NCBI GenBank assembly: GCA_035526925.1
Contig: DATLBL010000001.1
Coordinates: 11,602-75,601, forward strand
DNA: 64,000 nt
Direction of reading: 5' to 3'
From: Gemmatimonadales bacterium
GTDB taxonomy: Bacteria > Gemmatimonadota > Gemmatimonadetes > Gemmatimonadales > GWC2-71-9
The notes under the pieces were generated by a model. That model had not been told where the DNA came from. It was given only the letters and a program-made list of their open reading frames with translations, and searched no databases. Shown in pieces: positions 8,165 through 16,889 of the stretch; positions within the stretch are counted from its first letter, which is position 1, and each line of letters opens with the position of its first letter. Made by a program: the position numbers and the translations under genes.

Positions 8165-11125
8165 ATGCCGGGCGCGGGCACGTTGACGTCCACCCCGCAG
8201 GGACGGCGCATCAGCACGGCCGAGCGCTACACCGTGGCTGTGCTGGCCGCGATTGCGGCCGTGGTGCTCCACGCCGAGCTGCATCGTCGGTTCGGTGAGT
8301 CCGTCGATCCGCTCTTCCTGCTGGTGGTGGCATTCAGCGCCTGGTATGGAGGCTTCGGCGCCGGCGTCCTCACGCTTGTGCTCCTCGGGCTGGGCGCCCT
8401 GCTCACCACCGTGCCTCCCACCGGAACCTTCCGCGTCGCGAGCGGGCTCGATGCGATGAAGCTGACGATGTACGGGGTGACCGGGCTGCTGATGAGCGGG
8501 TTCATCGCTTCGCTGCTCGAGGCCCGCCGCCGCGCCGAGCGAGAGACGGCACGCACGGCCCAGCTTCATGCATTGAACGTGGCGCTCGCACCCGCTCTCA
8601 AGTCGCAGGAGGCCGCGGCGCTCATCATCCAGCACGCCATGCAGGCGCTGAACGCGAGGGCAGGTGCGATCGCCTACCGTCCGCGCGGCGAACCCGCAGC
8701 ACCGGCCACGCGCAGCCCGGGGCATCCTGGTGATCCGGATGACCCTTCGGGCCCCCTGGCCCAGGCCATGGCCTCGGGACAGGCGGTATTCGTCGAGTCG
8801 GCGGGCGAGTGGCGCGAGCGCTATCCGGCCGCCGCCGTCCGGGTCCTGCACCGGGGCTCGGTCGTCGCCGTACCGTTCATGGCCGAGGGCCACCCCGCCG
8901 GGGGGCTCGAGCTCGAGTTCGATCACGATCGCCGCATGGCGCCCGAGGACCGCGACTTCGTCGTCACGCTCGCCGGCCAGGGCGCGCAGGCCCTCGAGCG
9001 GGCGCGGTTGTACGAGGCGGAGCAGCGGGCGCGCCGCAATGCCGAGGCCGCGCGTGAACAGGTCGCGTTCTTGGCGGAGGTGAGTGAAGTGCTCGCCTCC
9101 TCGCTCGACTACAAGGCGACCCTGGCCGCCGCGGCGCGACTGTCGGTTCCGCGGCTGGCCGACTGGTGTGCGGTCGACATCCTCGACACGGACGGGCGCC
9201 TTCGCCGCCTTGCGATCGCGCACACGGATCCCACCAAGGTGGACGAAGTTTGGGCGATGAGCCATCGCTACGCCGAGGCGCCGGAGGATCCGGTCCCGCA
9301 GGTCATCCGAACCGCCCGGCCGCAGCTCATCCCTGACATTCCCGATGACCTGCTCCGCCGCTTCGCCCGAAGTGAGGAGCATCTGCAGGCATTGCGGGCG
9401 TTCGGTTTGCGCTCGCTGCTCATCGTGCCGTTGATCGCGCGCGGGCGTACGCTCGGCGCCATCACCTTCGTGCTCGCCGAATCCGGGCGCCGGTTCGCGA
9501 CAGCGGACCTGCTGCTCGGTGAAGATCTCGCCCGGCGAGCGGCCACCGCGGTGGACAACGCGCGATTGTATCAGGAAACCCAGCACGCGCTCGAGGATAA
9601 GGACCGCTCGCTGGCGCTGCTCGACACCGTATTCAGGGGCGTGCCGGTCGGTCTCGCGTTCGTCGACCGTGACCTTCGGTTCGTCCGCGTGAACGACGCC
9701 CTCGCGATGATGAACAGAACCGCCGTCGAGGACCATATCGGCTGCACCCTGGCGGAGGTGCTGGGGGAGGACGCCGCGCTCAGTGCGCCCCTGTTCGAGG
9801 AGGTGTTCCGCCGCGGCGAACCGGTACTCGACCATGAGATGACGGTGGCAGCGCGGTCCGAGGAAGAGGGGCCGCGGATCTACATGACGAGCTACTACCC
9901 CGTCACCGCGCCGCACGGAGGGACCGAGTGGGTCGGGTGCATGGTCAGCGACGTGACCGAGCACCGCCGGGCGGCTGAGCTGCTGGTGCAGGCGGAGCGG
10001 ATGGAAGCGGTGGCACGGGTGGCGGGGGGCGTCGCGCATGAAGTGAACAACATGATGACCGTCATCACCGGGTTCAGCGGTTTCCTCGAGGGCTCGCTCG
10101 CGGCGGACGACGCCCGGGCGGAGGATGTCGCCGAGATCCGGCGGGCCGCGGATCGCGCCGCGGGCATCACGCGCCAGCTCCTCGCCTACAGCCGGCAGCA
10201 GCTCCTTCAGCCCACTTCCCTCGATCTCAACGCGGTGGTGCAGCAGAGCGTTCCGGTGCTCAGCCGGCTCCTGGGGCCTGGCATCCACGTTGAAGTTCGG
10301 CCTTCCGCGGATCTCGTCCGGGTACGTGCCGATCGCGCCCAGCTCGAGCAGGTACTGGTGAATCTGGCGCTCAACGCACGGGACGCCATGTCGGGTCACG
10401 GCATGTTCGTCGTGACCACGGAAAATGTCATGGTGGAGGCGCAGCAGCGCCCATACCCGCCGGGAATCCGCATGCCCGAGGGGCGATACGTCCGGCTGAC
10501 GGTGACCGACACCGGTCAGGGTATGGACGCGGCCACCCGCGGCCGCATCTTCGAGCCGTTCTTCACTACCAAGGCGGCGGGGCAGGGCAGCGGGCTGGGT
10601 TTGGCGACGGTGTTTGGCATCGTGAAGCAGAGCGGGGGCTACATCTGGGCGTACAGCGAAGTTGGGCATGGCACGGCGTTCAAGGTTTACCTTCCCGAAT
10701 TCACCGGCCCGTCACCCGAGGTCCCGCCCACCCAGCCCCCCACGTCGCCGCGCGGTGCGGAGACCGTGCTCATCGTGGAAGACGAAGTCGCGGTCCGGCG
10801 CATGGCCGCGCGCACACTGTCGGCGCTTGGCTATACCATTCTCGAGGCGGAAAATGGCGCGAAGGCGCTGGAGGTCCTCGCATCGGCGCCTGGGGAGGTC
10901 AACCTGGTCCTGACCGACGTGGTCATGCCGGTGCTGAACGGCAGGGAGCTTGGCGAGCGCCTCGCCGAGGAGCGTCCACACCTCCCCGTGCTCTTCATGT
11001 CCGGGTATACCGACGACGATGTAATCCGTCGCGGCCTGCTCCGGCCCGGCTCCCCGTTTCTGCAGAAGCCGTTCATGCCGGCGGATCTCTCACGTAAGGT
11101 TCGCGACGTGCTCGACCGCCGATGA
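8165..11125 (+). CDS. Hybrid sensor histidine kinase (membrane N-terminus, GAF/PAS-like regions, HisKA, HATPase_c, receiver)
   Basis: H-box VAHEVNNMMTVITGF. ATPase motifs NLALNARDAM, DTGQGMD and GSGLGLA. C-terminal receiver (VLIVEDE, LVLTDVVMP). Start set at ATG 8165 ahead of the hydrophobic YTVAVLAAIAAVVL. The track start at 7622 overlaps the upstream gene. Confidence 0.85.
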   Translation: MPGAGTLTSTPQGRRISTAERYTVAVLAAIAAVVLHAELHRRFGESVDPLFLLVVAFSAWYGGFGAGVLTLVLLGLGALLTTVPPTGTFRVASGLDAMKLTMYGVTGLLMSGFIASLLEARRRAERETARTAQLHALNVALAPALKSQEAAALIIQHAMQALNARAGAIAYRPRGEPAAPATRSPGHPGDPDDPSGPLAQAMASGQAVFVESAGEWRERYPAAAVRVLHRGSVVAVPFMAEGHPAGGLELEFDHDRRMAPEDRDFVVTLAGQGAQALERARLYEAEQRARRNAEAAREQVAFLAEVSEVLASSLDYKATLAAAARLSVPRLADWCAVDILDTDGRLRRLAIAHTDPTKVDEVWAMSHRYAEAPEDPVPQVIRTARPQLIPDIPDDLLRRFARSEEHLQALRAFGLRSLLIVPLIARGRTLGAITFVLAESGRRFATADLLLGEDLARRAATAVDNARLYQETQHALEDKDRSLALLDTVFRGVPVGLAFVDRDLRFVRVNDALAMMNRTAVEDHIGCTLAEVLGEDAALSAPLFEEVFRRGEPVLDHEMTVAARSEEEGPRIYMTSYYPVTAPHGGTEWVGCMVSDVTEHRRAAELLVQAERMEAVARVAGGVAHEVNNMMTVITGFSGFLEGSLAADDARAEDVAEIRRAADRAAGITRQLLAYSRQQLLQPTSLDLNAVVQQSVPVLSRLLGPGIHVEVRPSADLVRVRADRAQLEQVLVNLALNARDAMSGHGMFVVTTENVMVEAQQRPYPPGIRMPEGRYVRLTVTDTGQGMDAATRGRIFEPFFTTKAAGQGSGLGLATVFGIVKQSGGYIWAYSEVGHGTAFKVYLPEFTGPSPEVPPTQPPTSPRGAETVLIVEDEVAVRRMAARTLSALGYTILEAENGAKALEVLASAPGEVNLVLTDVVMPVLNGRELGERLAEERPHLPVLFMSGYTDDDVIRRGLLRPGSPFLQKPFMPADLSRKVRDVLDRR

Positions 11126-12441
11126 CGCTGCTGGCCGACTTCCGCCGGCATCTGGCCACGCTGCATGTCCCGCCAGGTCGCGCGCTCGTGGCCGTCTCGG
11201 GAGGTCCGGACTCCGTGGCGCTCCTCGATCTGCTGCACCATTCGCGAGACGCCCATCGCCTGGACCTGGTTGTGGGCCACTTCGATCACGGCATCCATCC
11301 GCACAGCGCACGAGTGGCGGCCGGCGTGCGCCAGCTCGCCGCGGCCTATAATCTCGCGTTCGAGGAGGGCCGCGGCTCGCTCGGCGCGGGTGCCGGCGAA
11401 ACGAAGGCCCGGCTGGCTCGCTACGCCTGGCTCGAGGAAACCCGGCTCAGGCTCGGCGCCGAGCTGATCATCACGGCCCATCATGCCGATGACCAGGCCG
11501 AGACCGTGCTCATGCGGGTCCTGTCCGGGTCCGGCCCGGCCGGACTGGCCGGCATGGCGGCGCACCGGGGCTCCATCCTGCGGCCTCTGCTGCCCTTCCG
11601 TCGCGAGGCGCTGAGGCGCTACGTCCGCGCCAGAGAGCTCGTTGCCTGGAGCGATCCCGCCAACGCTGACCCGCGCCACCTTCGTGCGTGGGTGCGGGCC
11701 GACCTCTTGCCGATCCTTCGCGCCAGGGTTCCGCGCGTGGACGAGGCGCTCCGATCGGCGGCCCGGCATGCGGCGCGCGAACGAGCGGCATGGAACGCCG
11801 CGCTGGAGCTGTTCCCGGCGCTGGATTTCCGGCTCGAGCCCGACGGGTTTTCCGTTGCTGCCCCGGTGCTCAGCGGGTATGATTCTTCCTTGGGCGCAAC
11901 ATTGCTGATGACGGCTTCCCGCCGAGTGGGTTGCCGACTCGGAGCGGCTCGCGCGGCTCGGGTGCTGGAGGTGGCGCGGGGTGGTGTGAGTGGTGCACGG
12001 GCGCCGCTGGGCGAGGGATGGGTGGCCGAGATGGCATTCGGCCGGCTCACCGTGGGGCGGATCGGTGGCCGGCCCGGGTCGGCCTGGCCGGTGCAGGGGA
12101 GCGAGGGCGGCGGACACTGGGGCCGGTGGAGGTTCCACTGGCGCCGCGATGCGGCCCCCGCCAAGCTCGAGCGCCAGGGTCTGACGACCTGGATCGCAGC
12201 AGGCCCGGTGACCGTCAGGGCTTGGGTGGCCGGCGAGCGCCTGCGCCCGCTTCGCGGAAATGGCCATCGCCTCGTGGTCCGCTGCTTTCAGGATGCCCGC
12301 GTGCCCCGGGGCCGGCGGGCGGTGTGGCCGGTGCTCGCGGCGCAGGAGGTGGTGGTGTGGATTCCGGGCGTCTGCCGGTCCGACGCTCTCCTTCCGGCGC
12401 CGGGCACGGAGGCTTTACGGGTCGATGCTGAGTACTCCTGA
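11122..12441 (+). CDS. tilS: tRNA(Ile)-lysidine synthase
   Basis: PP-loop SGGPDSVALL. ATGA overlap with the upstream stop. Conserved tilS-hpt-ftsH order. Confidence 0.85.
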   Translation: MTLLADFRRHLATLHVPPGRALVAVSGGPDSVALLDLLHHSRDAHRLDLVVGHFDHGIHPHSARVAAGVRQLAAAYNLAFEEGRGSLGAGAGETKARLARYAWLEETRLRLGAELIITAHHADDQAETVLMRVLSGSGPAGLAGMAAHRGSILRPLLPFRREALRRYVRARELVAWSDPANADPRHLRAWVRADLLPILRARVPRVDEALRSAARHAARERAAWNAALELFPALDFRLEPDGFSVAAPVLSGYDSSLGATLLMTASRRVGCRLGAARAARVLEVARGGVSGARAPLGEGWVAEMAFGRLTVGRIGGRPGSAWPVQGSEGGGHWGRWRFHWRRDAAPAKLERQGLTTWIAAGPVTVRAWVAGERLRPLRGNGHRLVVRCFQDARVPRGRRAVWPVLAAQEVVVWIPGVCRSDALLPAPGTEALRVDAEYS

Positions 12442-12979
12442 AGTCTTGCGTCGCACCGGGGGCCGACCGGTCAAGTCGATCGTCTTTGACCAAGCGACCA
12501 TCGCCGCCAAGGTCGAAGCGCTCGGCGCCGAGATCACCGAGGCGTATCCGGACGGCGATTTGCTCGTGCTCGGACTGCTGAAGGGCAGCTTCATTTTCCT
12601 CAGCGATCTGGTGCGTCAGATCGAGCGGCCCATCCAGGTCGATTTCCTCGTGGCCAGCTCCTACGGTGACTCCAAGGTCTCCAGCGGGAAGGTCCGTCTC
12701 CTGTATGATCCCGAGACGCGGCTCGAAGGGAAACATATTCTCCTGGTTGAGGATATAATTGATACTGGGAAGACCCTGCGGCGCCTCATGACGCTGTTGG
12801 GGGCTCGGCGGCCGAGGAGCCTGGCCATCTGCGCGCTCCTCGACAAGGAGCTGGCCGTCGAGGTTCGTCCGGAGCTCCGATTCGTCGGATTCCGGGCGCC
12901 GCCGGCGTTTCTGGTCGGATACGGACTCGATCACGCCGAGAACTATCGTCACCTCCCGTTCATAGCGGACTTGGAATAA
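12425..12979 (+). CDS. hpt: Hypoxanthine(-guanine) phosphoribosyltransferase
   Basis: PRTase motif ILLVEDIIDTGKTL, plus LLKGSFIFLSDL. Start at the in-frame ATG at 12425. The longer track ORF overlaps tilS. Confidence 0.9.
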   Translation: MLSTPEVLRRTGGRPVKSIVFDQATIAAKVEALGAEITEAYPDGDLLVLGLLKGSFIFLSDLVRQIERPIQVDFLVASSYGDSKVSSGKVRLLYDPETRLEGKHILLVEDIIDTGKTLRRLMTLLGARRPRSLAICALLDKELAVEVRPELRFVGFRAPPAFLVGYGLDHAENYRHLPFIADLE

Positions 12980-14965
12980 ATGGCAGACCGACTCCCGACT
13001 CGTCCCCCCCGCACCAACTGGGGAAATCTGAGCAAGAATCTGGCACTATGGCTCCTGGTGGGCCTGCTGGCGCTCGCGCTGTTCCAGATGATGAGCCGTC
13101 AGCGCAATCCCACCCAAGAGTTCTCGTACACGGAATTCAGCCGGCAGCTCGACCAGGGCAACGTGGCGCGCGTCGAGGTCTACGACGGCAAACGCCTCGA
13201 AGGCGATTTCCGCAACCCCGTCACGCAGGACAACCGCACGGCCAAGAGCTTCCAGGTCCTCCTCCCGGTGGCCAACAGCGAGGCCTTCGTCAAGCGCCTC
13301 GAGGATGCGGGCGTGCCCATCCTCGCCAAGGAGCCCAAGGGAGGCATCACCGCGATCATCATCGCGGCGCTGCCCTGGATCGTCATTCTCGGCCTCTGGT
13401 TCTTCCTGCTTCGGCAGCTGCAGGCGGGCGGCAGCCGGGCGTTCGCCTTCGGGAAATCCAAGGCCAAGCTGCTCGCGGGTGACACGCCGAAGATCACGTT
13501 CGCCGACGTGGCCGGCGCCGACGAGGCCAAGGTCGAGCTGCAGGAGATCATCGAGTTCCTGAAGGATCCGCAGAAGTTCACACGGCTCGGCGGGCGCCTG
13601 CCGAAGGGCGCGCTCCTGGTGGGACCCCCCGGCACGGGCAAGACGCTGCTCGCCAAGGCCGTGGCCGGCGAGGCGGGCCGGCCGTTCTTCTCGATGTCGG
13701 GCTCCGACTTCGTCGAGATGTTCGTCGGGGTCGGCGCCAGCCGGGTCCGCGATCTGTTCGAGCAGGGCAAGAGCCATGCGCCCTGCATCATCTTCATCGA
13801 TGAGATCGACGCGGTCGGGCGCCATCGCGGCGCGGGTCTCGGTGGAGGTCACGACGAGCGCGAGCAGACGCTGAACCAGCTGCTCGTCGAGATGGACGGC
13901 TTCGAGTCGAACGACGGCGTCATTCTCGTGGCGGCCACCAACCGTCCCGACGTCCTCGATCCGGCGCTCCTCCGGCCCGGCCGGTTCGACCGCCAGATCG
14001 TCGTCGATGCGCCGGACGTGCGGGGACGCGAAGGCATCCTTCGCGTCCACACTCGCAAGATCCCGCTCGGCTCCGACGTCCGGCTCGAGGTGATCGCCAA
14101 GGGGACGCCGGGCATGGCGGGCGCCGACCTCGCCAACCTCGTCAACGAGGCCGCGGTGCTCGCGGCGCGCCGCAACAAGACGCTCGTGGACATGCAGGAT
14201 TTCGAGGACGCCAAGGACAAGGTCATGCTCGGCGTCGAGCGGCGGAGCCTCGTGCTGACCGAAGCCGAGCGCAAACTCACCGCCTATCACGAGGCGGGAC
14301 ACGCGATCGTGGCCATCAAGATCCCGGGCAGCGATCCGATCCATAAGGTCACCATCGTGCCTCGCGGCCGGGCGCTTGGCCTCACCGCCTCGCTTCCCGA
14401 GGTGGACCGGCACAACTACAGCAAGGACTGGTTGATCGGCAGCCTGGCCATGTTCTTCGGTGGACGCGTAGCCGAGGAGATCATTTTCGGCGCGGACAAG
14501 GTGACCACCGGCGCGGGCAACGATATCGAGCGCGCCACCGGACTGGCCCGGCGCATGGTGACGCAGTTCGGCATGAGCGAGCGTATCGGCCCGCTCGCCG
14601 TGGGCGACAAGGAACAGGAGATCTTTCTCGGGCGCGAGTTCGCGCAGCGGCGGGAGATCAGCGAGCGCACCGCCCAGATGGTGGATGACGAGGTCAAGCG
14701 CCTGGTGGACGAGGCGTACGCTCGTGCCACGGAAATCCTCTCCGGCAACCGCGAACTGCTCGACCGCATTGCGGACGCGCTGCTCGAGCGCGAGACGATC
14801 GACCGCGAGGATCTCGACCGGCTCGTGAAGAACATGCCGCTCCCCCCGCGCAGCCTGCCGCCGGACTCGCCGTCGCCGCAGGCCAGCGCTCCTTCGAAGC
14901 CGGGCGCCTCGCCGGCTCGCGCACCTCTTCTGGGCACGCCGCCGGCCGAACCCGCCGGCGCGTGA
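12980..14965 (+). CDS. ftsH: ATP-dependent zinc metalloprotease FtsH
   Basis: Two N-terminal TM segments. Walker A GPPGTGKT, Walker B IIFIDEID, zinc site HEAGHAIV. Confidence 0.97.
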   Translation: MADRLPTRPPRTNWGNLSKNLALWLLVGLLALALFQMMSRQRNPTQEFSYTEFSRQLDQGNVARVEVYDGKRLEGDFRNPVTQDNRTAKSFQVLLPVANSEAFVKRLEDAGVPILAKEPKGGITAIIIAALPWIVILGLWFFLLRQLQAGGSRAFAFGKSKAKLLAGDTPKITFADVAGADEAKVELQEIIEFLKDPQKFTRLGGRLPKGALLVGPPGTGKTLLAKAVAGEAGRPFFSMSGSDFVEMFVGVGASRVRDLFEQGKSHAPCIIFIDEIDAVGRHRGAGLGGGHDEREQTLNQLLVEMDGFESNDGVILVAATNRPDVLDPALLRPGRFDRQIVVDAPDVRGREGILRVHTRKIPLGSDVRLEVIAKGTPGMAGADLANLVNEAAVLAARRNKTLVDMQDFEDAKDKVMLGVERRSLVLTEAERKLTAYHEAGHAIVAIKIPGSDPIHKVTIVPRGRALGLTASLPEVDRHNYSKDWLIGSLAMFFGGRVAEEIIFGADKVTTGAGNDIERATGLARRMVTQFGMSERIGPLAVGDKEQEIFLGREFAQRREISERTAQMVDDEVKRLVDEAYARATEILSGNRELLDRIADALLERETIDREDLDRLVKNMPLPPRSLPPDSPSPQASAPSKPGASPARAPLLGTPPAEPAGA

Positions 14966-16131
14966 ACGTCACGCCGCTGGCGCTCCACTCGCCGCGCGCG
15001 GTGCGGGACACCCTTCGCGCGCACGGGTGGGACGACGGACAGGCGGCGGCCGCTTCGGGCGGCATCCATCCCCTCGCTTTTCATGTAGCCGGACTGGACC
15101 AGGGCACGCTCCAGGCCCTGGTCCGGCTCTCCGGCACGCTCGGGCTCGAAGTGCTGACCGGCGACGGCTGGGCGATCATGTCCGGCAGCCGATCCCGCCT
15201 CAGCGCCTTCGCGCGGCCATGGTTGGTGCCGCCGGAGCTCTCACCACTGGCCCACGCGGTGGGTCTCGCGATGCCGGCGGAGCCAGCCGGGGTCTGGCGG
15301 ACGGCCCGAGGACCGATCGCGCTCGATCGGCCGATCCTGCTCGGAATCCTCAACGTCACGCCCGACAGCTTCAGCGATGGGGGTCGCTTCGTCCGTCTGG
15401 ACGCGGCCCTCGCTCAGGCGGATGCCCTGCTGGAAGCGGGCGCGGCACTCCTCGACCTCGGCGGCGAGTCGACCCGGCCTGGGCGCGTCGAGGCAGTCGC
15501 CGAGAGCGTCGAGCTGGAGCGCGTCCTGCCCGTGGTGGAGGCCCTGGTGCGACGCCACCCTTCCGTCGTGCTCACGATCGACACCGTCAAATCCGGGGTG
15601 GCGCGCGCGGCCCTCGCCGCCGGTGCCGCGGCAATCAATGATGTTTCGGCCCTCCGCCTCGATGCCGGCATGGCTCGCGCCGTCGGCGAGGCCGGAGCCG
15701 GGCTCATCCTCATGCATTCTCGAGGGTCGATTCTCGAGATCGCCTCGTACACCCATGCCGGCTACGCGGATGTCGTCAGCGAGGTCATGGCGGAGCTGCG
15801 GCTGGCGCTCGCGCAGGCGAGCGATGCGGGCATCCCGGACGACGCCGTCGTGATCGACCCGGGGTTCGGCTTTTCGAAGACCGTCGACCAAAATATCTTG
15901 CTCTTCGATCAGCTCGACACCCTGCAGTCGCTCGGCCGTCCCGTGCTGGTCGGTCCGTCCCGCAAACGCTTTCTCGGTGCCGTCACCGGACAGCCGCTCG
16001 ACACGCGCGACCGCGCCACGGCCGTGGCCTGCGCCCTGGCCTGGGAGCGCGGCGCACGTCTGTTTCGCGTGCACGACGTGGCGTCGGCGCGCGATGCCCT
16101 CACCCTGGCGCAGGCCGTGGGAGGTTCGTAG
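14962..16131 (+). CDS. folP: Dihydropteroate synthase with a ~122-aa N-terminal extension
   Basis: GILNVTPDSFSDGG, LDLGGESTRPG, INDVSAL and GPSRKRF. GTGA overlap with the ftsH stop. Confidence 0.9.
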   Translation: MNVTPLALHSPRAVRDTLRAHGWDDGQAAAASGGIHPLAFHVAGLDQGTLQALVRLSGTLGLEVLTGDGWAIMSGSRSRLSAFARPWLVPPELSPLAHAVGLAMPAEPAGVWRTARGPIALDRPILLGILNVTPDSFSDGGRFVRLDAALAQADALLEAGAALLDLGGESTRPGRVEAVAESVELERVLPVVEALVRRHPSVVLTIDTVKSGVARAALAAGAAAINDVSALRLDAGMARAVGEAGAGLILMHSRGSILEIASYTHAGYADVVSEVMAELRLALAQASDAGIPDDAVVIDPGFGFSKTVDQNILLFDQLDTLQSLGRPVLVGPSRKRFLGAVTGQPLDTRDRATAVACALAWERGARLFRVHDVASARDALTLAQAVGGS

Positions 16132-16889
16132 TGCCCCTCGAGCAGTTGCCGTTCCCGATGCCGGGCTGGCGGGACGTGCTCGAGGTTCTCATCGTCGCCT
16201 ACGTCGTCTACGCGCTGCTGCGATTTCTGGTCGGAACCCGCGCCCTGCAGATCGTGTTCGGCCTCCTGGTCCTGGCCGGCATCTATCTCGGTGCATTCCT
16301 GCTCAAGCTCTCGATGATCACCTACCTGCTCGGCGTCGTGTTCACCTACGGCGTGTTCGCGGCGCTGGTGGTGTTCCAGCCTGAGCTCAGGCAGGCGCTC
16401 GCGCGACTCGGCCAGACGCCGGTGTTCCGCCTCTTCGGCGCCGGGCCGGGCCCGGCGGTGGCCCATGAGATCGCCAAGGCGGCGGAGCGCCTGAGCCGGA
16501 CCGCGACGGGCGCCATCATCGCCGTCGAACGCGAAGTCCGGCTCGATGCGTATCTGGAGTCCGGCACCGCCATCCGCGCCACTGTCTCCGCCGATCTGCT
16601 GGCCACGATCTTCAGCCCGTACTCGCCGCTCCACGACGGGGCGGTGCTGGTGCGGGGCGGAGAGATCGTGGGTGCCGGCTGCATCCTTCCGCTGACCCAG
16701 AACCCCATTGGCGATCGCTCGCTCGGCACCCGGCACCGTGCGGCGCTCGGACTGTCGGAGGAAACGGATGCGTTGGTGCTCGTCGTGTCGGAGGAGAGCG
16801 CGATCGTGTCGCTCGCCCGGGCTGGCAGGCTCGAGGGTGGGTTGAGCGCCGAGCAGATGTCCGCGGCACTCGTCGGAGGGCGGACGTGA
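16131..16889 (+). CDS. cdaA: Membrane-anchored diadenylate cyclase (c-di-AMP synthase)
   Basis: Three N-terminal TM helices. DAC motifs PLHDGAVLV and GTRHRAALGLSEETDA. Confidence 0.9.
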   Translation: MPLEQLPFPMPGWRDVLEVLIVAYVVYALLRFLVGTRALQIVFGLLVLAGIYLGAFLLKLSMITYLLGVVFTYGVFAALVVFQPELRQALARLGQTPVFRLFGAGPGPAVAHEIAKAAERLSRTATGAIIAVEREVRLDAYLESGTAIRATVSADLLATIFSPYSPLHDGAVLVRGGEIVGAGCILPLTQNPIGDRSLGTRHRAALGLSEETDALVLVVSEESAIVSLARAGRLEGGLSAEQMSAALVGGRT

